Shown: positions 49,197-58,039 of the stretch, piece by piece
Layout: the number at the start of each line of letters is the position of its first letter
Position numbering within the stretch: the stretch's first letter is position 1
Source of the DNA: Candidatus Bathyarchaeota archaeon
GTDB lineage: Archaea; Thermoproteota; Bathyarchaeia; Bathyarchaeales; Bathycorpusculaceae
Assembly: GCA_963815095.1 (NCBI GenBank)
Contig: CAWFFH010000004.1
Span: 231,790-295,789, forward strand
DNA: 64,000 nt
Reading direction: 5' to 3'
Notes under the pieces: generated by a model
Database searches by the model: none
What the model saw: only the letters and a program-made list of their open reading frames with translations
Told to the model about the DNA's origin: nothing
Made by a program: the position numbers and the translations under genes

Positions 49197-50258
49197 TTGG
49201 TTGATGCGTTAGGTTATGATATTGGTGGCGCCAACACTAAAGCAGTACTTGTCACAGTTAAAAACGGGAAGCTGGTTGATTCTGAAGTAGCGGTTGAGTA
49301 TTTTCCAATCTGGAAGCAACCTGAAAAACTTGTTAGTGTTCTTTTAACTCTGAAAGAGCGGTTGGGCGCGAATGGGTTTAAAGGTGTAGGCGTAACCATG
49401 ACTGCTGAATTGTCTGACGTTTACCAAACAAAAAAAGAAGGAGTCAACCACATTTTAGGCTGCACCAAGAAGGCTTTTCCTAATATGCCAATTTACGTAT
49501 TGAATGCAAACGCTCAACTAGAACCCCTTGACATCGCCGTTCAAGAGCCTCTTGGGGTCGCGGCGGCGAATTGGGCAGCAACTGGCTGGATAGTGGCTAA
49601 TTATCTAAAAAATTGTGTCGTGGTTGATGTGGGAAGCACAAGTACCAGTATAATTCCCATAGCAAATGGTAAAGTTGTGGCGCGTGGCAAGACTGATTTG
49701 GATAAGCTCATCTATGGTGAACTCGTTTACACAGGAAGCCTCAGAACCAATGTGGCAGCAATCGTGCAATCAATCCCAATCAAACAGGGCCTTGCCGGTG
49801 TCTCGTCGGAACTTTTCGCGTTATCAGGTGATGTACACTTAGTCTTGGGCAACATTACCGAACAGGATTACAATAGTGAAACGGCTGATGGGCGAGGAAA
49901 AACCGTTCCTGGAGCAATGGCTCGATTAGCTCGAGTGGTCTGTGCTGACGCGGAAATGTTGACTAAACATGAAATCTTCAAAATGGCACAGTTCATTTAT
50001 GAAAAGCAACTGCGACAGATTGCGGAAGGCTTAACCAAAGTTTACTCTTACACAAAATCGCTGACTCAAGATAAGGTTCCAGTAGTTGTTACTGGACTTG
50101 GAAAAATTTTCCTCGCACGGAGCGCTACTGAAACGCTTTGCGTAGACGCGATTATTGATTTAGATACCTTATTACCCAAAAAAGCCGTTTTGGCTACACC
50201 TGCGTTTGGCGTTGCATTAATGATGGCAAACAAACTTGAAGGGGAAACCGCCAAATGA
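49197..50258 (+). CDS. mfnF: Hydantoinase-A-family methanofuran coupling enzyme
   Basis: GYDIGGANTK, TMTAELSD, AAANW, DVGSTST and TADGRGK. Confidence 0.88.
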   Translation: MVDALGYDIGGANTKAVLVTVKNGKLVDSEVAVEYFPIWKQPEKLVSVLLTLKERLGANGFKGVGVTMTAELSDVYQTKKEGVNHILGCTKKAFPNMPIYVLNANAQLEPLDIAVQEPLGVAAANWAATGWIVANYLKNCVVVDVGSTSTSIIPIANGKVVARGKTDLDKLIYGELVYTGSLRTNVAAIVQSIPIKQGLAGVSSELFALSGDVHLVLGNITEQDYNSETADGRGKTVPGAMARLARVVCADAEMLTKHEIFKMAQFIYEKQLRQIAEGLTKVYSYTKSLTQDKVPVVVTGLGKIFLARSATETLCVDAIIDLDTLLPKKAVLATPAFGVALMMANKLEGETAK

Positions 50259-50929
50259 AAGCCACTGTCATTAAAGTTGGCGGCAGTTTAGCTCTGTACC
50301 CTGAAAAGCTAAGAGCCTTATGTGTAATGTTAAGTGAAGTCTCCAAAAACCAAAGGTTGATTGTGGTTCCTGGAGGCGGCGAATTTGCTGACGTCGTTCG
50401 AAGTTTGGATAAGAGGATTTCTTTGTCAAGTAGTGCCTCGCATCGAATGGCGATTTTAGGTATGGACCAATATGGTTTGCTTCTTTCGGATTTGATACCT
50501 AACTCAGTAATCGTAAGCAAACTTGAAGAAATAAAATATTTTTTAGATTCAGGCGGATTGCCCGTTTTCTTGCCCTCGAATTTATTGTTAGGCGAGAACG
50601 TATTGGAGAACTCTTGGGATGTTACATCGGACTCAATTGCACTGTTCATTGCAGGCAAGCTGGAGACGACAAAGGTTTTGTTGGTTACAGATGTAGACGG
50701 GATTTACATGGAAGATCCAAAAACCAATTCAGAAGCTAAATTGATTAGGAAATTATCAGCTGGTGAGCTTTTAGCTATGAACAAACGGACAAGCGTGGAC
50801 AAAGCCTTGCCTAAGTTGCTTTTGCACTCGTCCATTGACTGCTTCGTAGTTAATGGGTTTTTCCCTGAAAGGATTGAAGCTGTATTGAATGGTCAAGATA
50901 CCCTTTTCACTTTGATTAAAAGCGGTTAA
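50255..50929 (+). CDS. mfnE: Amino-acid-kinase-family [5-(aminomethyl)furan-3-yl]methyl phosphate kinase
   Basis: VIKVGGS, VPGGGEFAD, SWDVTSDS and TDVDG. Confidence 0.85.
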   Translation: MKATVIKVGGSLALYPEKLRALCVMLSEVSKNQRLIVVPGGGEFADVVRSLDKRISLSSSASHRMAILGMDQYGLLLSDLIPNSVIVSKLEEIKYFLDSGGLPVFLPSNLLLGENVLENSWDVTSDSIALFIAGKLETTKVLLVTDVDGIYMEDPKTNSEAKLIRKLSAGELLAMNKRTSVDKALPKLLLHSSIDCFVVNGFFPERIEAVLNGQDTLFTLIKSG

Positions 50930-51075
50930 TTATAGTTGTTTTGCTTTGACCATTAGCCTAAGGGGTCATCAATTTGCTAATGTTTTTTTTTTGAAACATT
51001 GAGTTAAACAAATAAGTAAAATATTTTGTATAAAAATAGAAGAAAAAAGAAAAAGGAAAATGGAAGTTTTTGTGT

Positions 51076-51240
51076 TTAAATCTTTTTCTTATCTAATACT
51101 TCGCGGAAAGTCTTACCGCAGCATTCATAGAGCGCTATGGTAAGTTGTGTCCGTTTGCCTTTTTTGTCTGGTTTTCCAGCCATCTTCCAGGTTTTCTTTG
51201 CAGTTTTGACATCTTTTGCACATATTGGGCATTTTGCCAT
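51076..51240 (-). CDS. Cren7-like chromatin protein with Cys ligands
   Basis: Hand translation MAKCPICAKDVKTAKKTWKMAGKPDKKGKRTQLTIALYECCGKTFREVLDKKKI; KxW...IxL[YF]...GKxFR pattern of Cren7. Confidence 0.8.
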   Translation of the reverse strand: MAKCPICAKDVKTAKKTWKMAGKPDKKGKRTQLTIALYECCGKTFREVLDKKKI

Positions 51241-51479
51241 GGTTATTCCTCTAATGGGAACGTATCGTATGTATGGGTTTAAAACACTTTCTATCGGTTG
51301 CCTGTTAAATGGATAAAATGGGGCTTTTTTTAGGCAAAAACATGTTGAATTTACTATTTTTTATTGAAAAAAGTGAGTCCTCAGGGGCGGATTGCGGTGG
51401 GCAAATCAAACCCCTGAGTCTATATGATGTCAAGTTCTTGTCTAACTAGTATGAATCTAACGATTTTTTTCTTTTTTTC

Positions 51480-52034
51480 TCATTTGAGCCATTTAAGAAC
51501 GGCAGGTTTATTTCGTTTCCCTGATCCCTGTTTTGTTTTAGGATGTCCCATAATAAATGGAACCATCATGCTGTGGTTTTCAGGAACCCCAATTTTCTTT
51601 AGTGCTTCGGGATTGTTGTTTAGGAAGTTAACGAACCCCATGTAGCATGTTCCAAGTCCTAGTTCGTAGGCTTTTAAAAACATGTTCTGAGCTGCAAGTA
51701 CGCTATCGAGCAAATTCAAGTTAGCCCATTGGTCATCTTTTTCGCTACATATCAGTATGAGTACTGGTGCTTTGTAGCATACAATGTCTTCTTTAGTAGA
51801 GAATTGTTTAGCTAACGGAGGCATATTTTGTTGAACCAAAAGCTTGGTTTCATCTGAGACATATTTGATTAGTTGTTTATCTTCGATAACTATGAATTTC
51901 CAAGGTTCTCTATGCATTCCACTTGGAGCCCAAGTACCCGCTTCGAGGACAGTTTCAATTTGTTGTTTTGAAACAGGTTCATCTGTGTAAGCTCTAACGC
52001 TTCTTCTGCCTTTAATACAAACATCGAGTTCCAT
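51480..52034 (-). CDS. Nitroreductase family protein
   Basis: RRSVRAY, APSG...PWKF and QNMFL...GLGTC. Confidence 0.92.
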   Translation of the reverse strand: MELDVCIKGRRSVRAYTDEPVSKQQIETVLEAGTWAPSGMHREPWKFIVIEDKQLIKYVSDETKLLVQQNMPPLAKQFSTKEDIVCYKAPVLILICSEKDDQWANLNLLDSVLAAQNMFLKAYELGLGTCYMGFVNFLNNNPEALKKIGVPENHSMMVPFIMGHPKTKQGSGKRNKPAVLKWLK

Positions 52035-52079
52035 AAGTTAATTCCCATTTATTGCAAATGATTTTGGGTTTATAAAACT

Positions 52080-52703
52080 TTATAGCTTTTTTTTCAACTT
52101 TGAAGTTAACTGTTTTTTGTAGAGAGTTAAAAGAATTATGATGTTTATGATTATAAGATAGATGGGAAAAGCATATGCTGAAAAAGTCCAATATGTAATA
52201 ACGACCAAACTTGAAGATGCTCCAAATACTCCTATTATGAATGGCCAAACAGATTCAGTTTCAGGATTTGTCAATGATTTCTTAAGTGTGGGTATTGATG
52301 CCAATGCATCGCTACCTATAGCAAAAACGATGGCGACATTAGGTTCCTTGGTCAGCCACCACATCACAAGGGCAAGACCTGACAGCACACCGCAGAAATA
52401 GTCAAAGGTTGAAAGTTTCCAATAGGCCTTCTTTGCAAAGAACGAAGCCGTGAAAATCATAAGAGGAGAAAAACCAGCCATAAACACTGGCAAAACAGCC
52501 CAGCCAACACCGTTTGAAAGAGACGCAGCCGCAGCAATCAATGGCGCAATAGACCACATGAGCCAAGTCACGCGGTTAGGCTTGGTGTTTCCTGTAAACA
52601 TCGACCGTATGTAAACTAATGCTGCAGTCGTCGACGCAACCGCCGTGGCGAAGACGAGGTACTCGTACATATGCAAACAATTAGCGTTTGCAAATATAAG
52701 CAA
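52080..52703 (-). CDS. Conserved multi-pass membrane protein
   Basis: GNTKPNRVTW and PTLKKS..PETES; likely starts at MYEYL. Confidence 0.75.
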   Translation of the reverse strand: MLIFANANCLHMYEYLVFATAVASTTAALVYIRSMFTGNTKPNRVTWLMWSIAPLIAAAASLSNGVGWAVLPVFMAGFSPLMIFTASFFAKKAYWKLSTFDYFCGVLSGLALVMWWLTKEPNVAIVFAIGSDALASIPTLKKSLTNPETESVWPFIIGVFGASSSLVVITYWTFSAYAFPIYLIIINIIILLTLYKKQLTSKLKKKL

Positions 52704-53029
52704 ATTATCACAAACTGCATCTTTTTTGAATTAGGGTAAGTTTTGGAATTAATCTAGAAAAATTTCTTAGTAGCCGTTTAGAATCTGACATTATAGAGGT
52801 TGCTAAAGGCTCTAAAATTACTCCTAAAAGTTTTTTCATTTTAACCTTCTCATTAATGACTACGAGCCTCTTCTCAAAAGTGCAATATTTCATCTTCGGT
52901 CTTACACAAGACCTTTAATTGAAACTTAATTCTGAATAAGTATTTGTAGCAAGTAAACGTTTTATAAAAAAACCAAATTATACCTCCGTTGTGAAATAAA
53001 TAGCTAATATTTATGACGCTTTCTCAAAT

Positions 53030-53831
53030 ATGTCTACAAGCATAGTCAACGCTTTGCCTTCAATCCTTTTTGCAATCACAGTTATCATCATTGGCTTTGT
53101 AATCGGCTATTCGTTGGCAAATTAGCAACAAACTATCCACAAAATTGGGTTTAGAAAAGACATTTGATAAAACAACTGCTGGCGTTTCTTTCAAATCATC
53201 TGGTTTAGACCTCTCCAAAATCATCGGAGGATTAGTGACAGCATTCATAACGGTCATAGGAATAGTTCTAGGCATACAAATGCTCAGCATAGGTGGCACA
53301 GTCGGAGAATACTTTATTTCGATAGCAAGTTATCTTCCAAGACTCTTGGCCGGCGTAGTAATCATTATCTTTGGATTAATACTAGTGGAATTACTTGCAT
53401 CATTCATTGGAAACATGCTAAAACCAATGTTCCCAACAACAAAAGCAAACATAGCGGATATGCTCAAAAACCTGCTTCTAATCGGATTAGTGGCTTTCGT
53501 ATTACTCACAGCTCTCAACATCATGTTACTCTCAGGAAGCATAATCTACTCGCTAATACTTGGATTTGTAATTATAGCAGCTGGCATCGCCTTAACAGAT
53601 GGTTTAATGAAATCATTAATCGACGACCATGAAGAGTTTAAAGCAGTCGCAGGATACGCAAAATTCGTGCTATACAGTATTTTCCTAATAATTGGCGCAG
53701 GAGGAATATTCGCTACATTCCCAGGAGTCACAAGCATCATAGCCAACATCTCGTGGGGTTTCGCAATAGCCTTAGGAATTATGCTAATCCCGATAGCTTA
53801 TGCCTTAGCAAAAAAGATGACTAAAGAATAG
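53030..53831 (+). pseudogene. MscS-associated TM-helix-repeat (CmpX-like) protein with a 5' frameshift
   Basis: ATG 53030 frame (NALPSILFAITVIIIGFVIG) stops near 53123. The downstream frame carries the second repeat YLPRLLAGVVIIIFG. Confidence 0.65.
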
Positions 53832-54028
53832 ATACCATCAACTATTTTCTTTTTTTTAATAATAATAGATAAATTCCGATTTTGTTTAAGCGAACAACAA
53901 AACGCTAATTCTAATTGCCGATTGCATAGAAAATGATTGCTCATTTAGGGACTTTATGCATAAATCTTATGTGGATTTGTTTGACTTTTAGCTATTGAGT
54001 TGGCAAAACGAAAACAGAAATAGTTAAA

Positions 54029-54442
54029 TTACGTTTTGCGCGAAAGATACCCAGCCAAAGCTATTATGATAAGTTTCCATGCTGACCAGATAAGCCAAGC
54101 AACGTTTGGCTCAAAAATAACCTCCAAAGCAAGCACGCGATTCACTACAGAAACGGCAATAATCAGAGGCGGTGCCCACTTTAATTTACTCAACAACCCA
54201 AAGACAGAAACAGCATAAACCACCGCGTAGCCTAAAAGAATGGCGCTTGTTATCATAACGGCGCCATTTTTTCCTGCAAAACTTGCAATCAAACCACCGT
54301 ATACTGACAGCTCTCCTAATGAAGGGTCCCACAGAAAAAACGCCGCAGCTAAAACGTCCCCAGCAATGTTGAATATGACCAGAAATATCAGAATTTTGGT
54401 AATTAAGCTAGCATAATTTGGCTTTGAAGTTTTGGCACCCAT
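54029..54442 (-). CDS. Membrane protein
   Basis: Four hydrophobic segments. Confidence 0.65.
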   Translation of the reverse strand: MGAKTSKPNYASLITKILIFLVIFNIAGDVLAAAFFLWDPSLGELSVYGGLIASFAGKNGAVMITSAILLGYAVVYAVSVFGLLSKLKWAPPLIIAVSVVNRVLALEVIFEPNVAWLIWSAWKLIIIALAGYLSRKT

Positions 54443-54624
54443 GACTTACTTTTATGTCCCTTTTCTCTATTTATCGCTTGTCTCTACTGTTAGCCAGCCA
54501 TTAGAAAACCCTTTCTCCAGTTCACATAAAACAAACTGTTAAAAAAAAAATAAGAGCATTCTCCCTAAACTTCAAGAATTTAAATACAACTTAAGCAAAT
54601 TGAAACGCGTGGAGTAACGGAAAA

Positions 54625-55083
54625 ATGAAATGTTTGCTAATTGTCTACTCTTACCATCACAACAATACTCTAAAAATAGCGGAAGTCATGGCAAAGGCGC
54701 TTGAAGCAGAAATTAAAACGCCCCAGCAAACAAACCCAGAAGAAACCCAAAAATATGACTTAGTGGGGTTTGGCGCAGGAATTGATAGCGGAAAACACTA
54801 CAAGGTGTTGCTTGACTACGCCGAAAAACTGCCCCAAGTAGACAACAAGGACGCGTTCATTTTTTCCACTGCCGGAGTAACAGGAGAGAAAAAACTATCC
54901 AAGGACCATTTAAAGCTTAGGGAAAAATTGGAAGCTAAAGGATACCGAATAGTTGATGAATTCCAATGCAGAGGTTTCAACACAAACGTTTTCCTCAAGT
55001 ACTTTGGAGGTATGAACAAGGGTAGGCCCAATGAAGAAGACCTCAAACATGCGGAAACCTTCGCTGAGAAGCTGAAATGTTAA
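54625..55083 (+). CDS. Flavodoxin family protein
   Basis: YSYHHNNTLKIA, YDLVGFG, FIFSTAG and GRPNEEDL. Confidence 0.9.
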   Translation: MKCLLIVYSYHHNNTLKIAEVMAKALEAEIKTPQQTNPEETQKYDLVGFGAGIDSGKHYKVLLDYAEKLPQVDNKDAFIFSTAGVTGEKKLSKDHLKLREKLEAKGYRIVDEFQCRGFNTNVFLKYFGGMNKGRPNEEDLKHAETFAEKLKC

Positions 55084-55113
55084 ACCAAACTAAAAACGAA
55101 AAGTTTGACAAAC

Positions 55114-55530
55114 TTAACTTTTAAAATGGGTATGCGTGTGCAAACCGTAATCAGGTTGGGCGCGTAGCCTTTTGTATAGATAGCCAATAATTACTCCAAC
55201 AAAGAGAAACCTTGGTACATTAAGCATTGTACCGAAGAGGAAGTAATAAAGGGCATCACTCGTCCCAAAACTTGCGGGGGCTTCCAGTAGGATTGTGCCA
55301 ATGACTAGGGCAATGATGCTTAGTATTACGGATTTTAGAATTGAATTCTTTGTCGGAATCTTTTCAAAAAAACGAAACAGGAAAAAGCTGACAAAGAATC
55401 CGATAATTAAACCAGCAGGCAAAGAACCGACCCAAACCGTTTCCGCGCTCCATCGCGCAACTCTATAATCCGCTGCGAAGGGAAGAAGGGAAGTTGCGAT
55501 GGAAATTGTCCAGAAGGCTAATCCGCCCAC
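55114..55530 (-). CDS. Membrane protein
   Basis: Four TM segments; start uncertain because the frame stays open upstream. Confidence 0.6.
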   Translation of the reverse strand: MGGLAFWTISIATSLLPFAADYRVARWSAETVWVGSLPAGLIIGFFVSFFLFRFFEKIPTKNSILKSVILSIIALVIGTILLEAPASFGTSDALYYFLFGTMLNVPRFLFVGVIIGYLYKRLRAQPDYGLHTHTHFKS

Positions 55531-55611
55531 GATCGCCAGTACTACTATTTTTCTCCAGATATCTTTTGATTGGGCTATCTTTTTTCTCCCTCTTACTTAA
55601 TTATAGTCTTT

Positions 55612-56331
55612 CTATTTCTGTTCCTTAACTGCCATAATCAAAAGCCATACAGTAAGAGCAATTTCCGCAATGAAGCTGATCGCATTTCCTGGATAAGCTA
55701 ATATTTTGTAGTCAGGGAGAAGGAAACCCTGTAAAAACCAACTCATGTTGCCGAAGAAATCAAGGATCAACAGTAGACCTAAAAATTTAGGAAGGAAGCT
55801 CGATTTGTAAACTAAGTATCCAAGGGGAAGTAGCCAAGCGCTAAAAAATATCTGGGCGATTAGAAAGCCATTTGTGTATAGATTGAGAGATGACATTGCC
55901 ATGGCTTGCAGTTGCCCTGTTTGAAATACGCTTAAGTAGTTAGCGCCGCTCAAAAACTGAAGGGCGGCAAATAGATTTAGCGCATTAAGGCACTCTACAG
56001 CGACACCGCCCAAGTTTAATACCAAGAGCAGCAAAGCCAAGTTTTTGTTTACCGGTTTTAATAACACGTATAGTGCCCATGCCGCTAAAACAAAAAACAC
56101 TGCAGATACTAGCTCAGTTATAAAACCGAATCGGAATAGCCCCTGAGAAGATACAATATTATTGGCTGTGGTTGCTGCCTCTCCGGATACAATAATATTT
56201 CCGCGAATATACGAGGCTAAGACTGTAGTTAATATGAAAATGAGATAAAACAGTCCCGCCATTCTTGCGGTCTTGCGTGGTGATAGATCTGCGATCTTCT
56301 GGCGGATAGAATTTTCTCCTTCAATTGACAT
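55612..56331 (-). CDS. DUF4386 family membrane protein
   Basis: ARMAGLFYL, YVLLKPVNK, GYLVYKSSFLPK and EIALTVWLL. Confidence 0.85.
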   Translation of the reverse strand: MSIEGENSIRQKIADLSPRKTARMAGLFYLIFILTTVLASYIRGNIIVSGEAATTANNIVSSQGLFRFGFITELVSAVFFVLAAWALYVLLKPVNKNLALLLLVLNLGGVAVECLNALNLFAALQFLSGANYLSVFQTGQLQAMAMSSLNLYTNGFLIAQIFFSAWLLPLGYLVYKSSFLPKFLGLLLILDFFGNMSWFLQGFLLPDYKILAYPGNAISFIAEIALTVWLLIMAVKEQK

Positions 56332-56890
56332 AAATGATAGTTCGGCGGTTATGCCTTATAAAAGTAATTGGCAAGGTGCTACTTGTTACAAGAGCGCTGA
56401 CTCTACTGCTTCATTGGGTTAAATAAGGCATCTTCAAAGAATGACTCCACGAATTCACTTCTTGAGCGCTTTTGTTTTAGAGCTTCTTTTTCTATTTTCT
56501 CTAATATACGTTTAGAAAGGGCTATGCTTACTGGGTGTTTGCGATAGTCAAATTTTCTTGACCTAAAAGGGACAGAGGATCGGCAAACTCAACCGTGGGA
56601 AGAGGTCTTATGATTCTATCGTTTCCCTGACTTGATTGCTTAATGCTAAGTCCAAGCAGAGTCAACATGCGACGGGCGCCGATTTAGCAATCTTTCCTTA
56701 CTACGCTTCAAGGGTACCCCCTTTTTTTCTACAAATCTGTAGAATTATATGCTTTCACATATCGGGCGCTTTCTAAGCCCCTCAAAGGCATCCATCTCGC
56801 GCGATAGCAATAACTTATTGGCATTTTAGAAAACCACTTATCCTGTAATATCCAAAGGAAGGGTGAGTACAATCATCCGTGGGAAAAGGT

Positions 56891-57163
56891 CTACTTTTTC
56901 AACGAATCCGGTTTTCGATCCCTAATTAGCATCGAAACTAAGAACAAAGAAATGAGCAAAGGCAGAATTGTGATGCTGTCGAATTCTGGTACGGTTGGAC
57001 TTGGTGAAATGGAAGTTGCTTGTATAGTTATGGTCTGTGTGGGACTCCATGCACTTTCTCCATCGGCAAGAACACCAAAAGCAGTCTGAGAAGGAACGAG
57101 AGGATCATGACTTGCTGGTTCTTGCGTGTAATAGTATCCATAAATGGCTAAAACTTGCTCAAG
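56891..57163 (-). pseudogene. 3' fragment of a PEF-CTERM-type surface protein
   Basis: Start-less 90-codon frame ...QVLAIYG...GESAWSPTQTITI...PTVPEF-hydrophobic-RDRK; begins 25 bp from the tRNA-Phe 3' end. Confidence 0.75.
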
Positions 57164-57188
57164 TTAGGCTTAATTTCAGGGTAATTGG

Positions 57189-57265
57189 TGGTGCCGAGGG
57201 CAGGGTTTGAACATGCGACGACTCGGTCTTCAGCCGAGCGCTCTCCCAGGCTGAGCTACCTCGGC
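57189..57265 (-). tRNA. tRNA-Phe(GAA), intronless, CCA encoded
   Basis: Acceptor GCCGAGG/CCTCGGC; anticodon arm CTCGG-CTGAAGA-CCGAG; one T-stem mismatch (U52-C62). Confidence 0.92.
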
Positions 57266-57539
57266 ACATAACCCGGGATACCACATCAAAAGTAAAGCTA
57301 GGTATTTTAAATGTTTCTGATGATTTTTATGCTTAGATTCCAAATAACGCATAATGGTTCATAATGAGATAACCCGTAAGTGCGCTGCCCAAAAAACATG
57401 CGAAGATTAGAAAACCGTCATGCTTGTGTTCTTCAAAGCGGTGGTTTTCATTCATTTGAATTCCCTATTATCGTAGTTTATGTGTTTGATAAGTAAAGGT
57501 TTTATGAAGGAAAACTATGTATTCACAATCCCCAGTTAG

Positions 57540-57613
57540 GGGCCGTTAGTCTAGCTGGCTAGGACGTCGCCCTCACGCGGCGAAGATCACCGGTTCAAAT
57601 CCGGTACGGCCCA
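57540..57613 (+). tRNA. tRNA-Val(CAC), intronless
   Basis: Acceptor GGGCCGT/ACGGCCC; anticodon arm TCGCC-CTCACGC-GGCGA; T arm ACCGG-TTCAAAT-CCGGT. Confidence 0.96.
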
Positions 57614-57798
57614 TTTTCATAGTTATTTTGCTTTAAATTTGATAAAAAATTCCATTTGCGCGTTTGATAATTGTGGATTAATTTACTAATTGCTATATGT
57701 GTTCTAGTGAAACAGCTTTAGTAACTACGGGCCCATCCCCCTTGAGGTCTGAGTCCGGTAGAGACCCAAACCGCTTTAGGATAGAATCCATTAAATCA

Positions 57799-57921
57799 TT
57801 AATACTTGAATTTTGCGTTTGCGGTTAGGATGGCGATTTCGTCTTCGATTCCTTCGAATATGTGTTGGAATGCTCTTTCCTTGAAGCCTCTTCTCTCGGC
57901 TGATTGATTGTCGTTTTTCAC
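57799..57921 (-). CDS. 40-aa microprotein divergent from the Ni/Co transporter
   Basis: GTG start with AGGAG SD; MKNDNQSAERRGFKERAFQHIFEGIEDEIAILTANAKFKY. Confidence 0.5.
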   Translation of the reverse strand: MKNDNQSAERRGFKERAFQHIFEGIEDEIAILTANAKFKY

Positions 57922-57980
57922 CGTTTATCTCCTGATTTGACGGTGATACTTGTTTTAAAGAAAGTAACGCTTATATTTAA

Positions 57981-58008
57981 GTAACACCTTTTTTAAAAAT
58001 CGTGTTAC
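57981..58008. promoter_or_regulatory. NikR-type operator
   Basis: GTAACA-N16-TGTTAC directly after TATA TTATATTTAA (57971-57980). Confidence 0.7.
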
Positions 58009-58039
58009 TGGAAAACAGGGGCGAAAAGGAGAACAAAAT

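Noticed and set aside
57186-57192. Encoded CCACCA as a tRNA degradation tag
   Set aside because: That tag is added post-transcriptionally to tRNAs starting G1G2; this tRNA starts GC, so it is likely chance or att-related.
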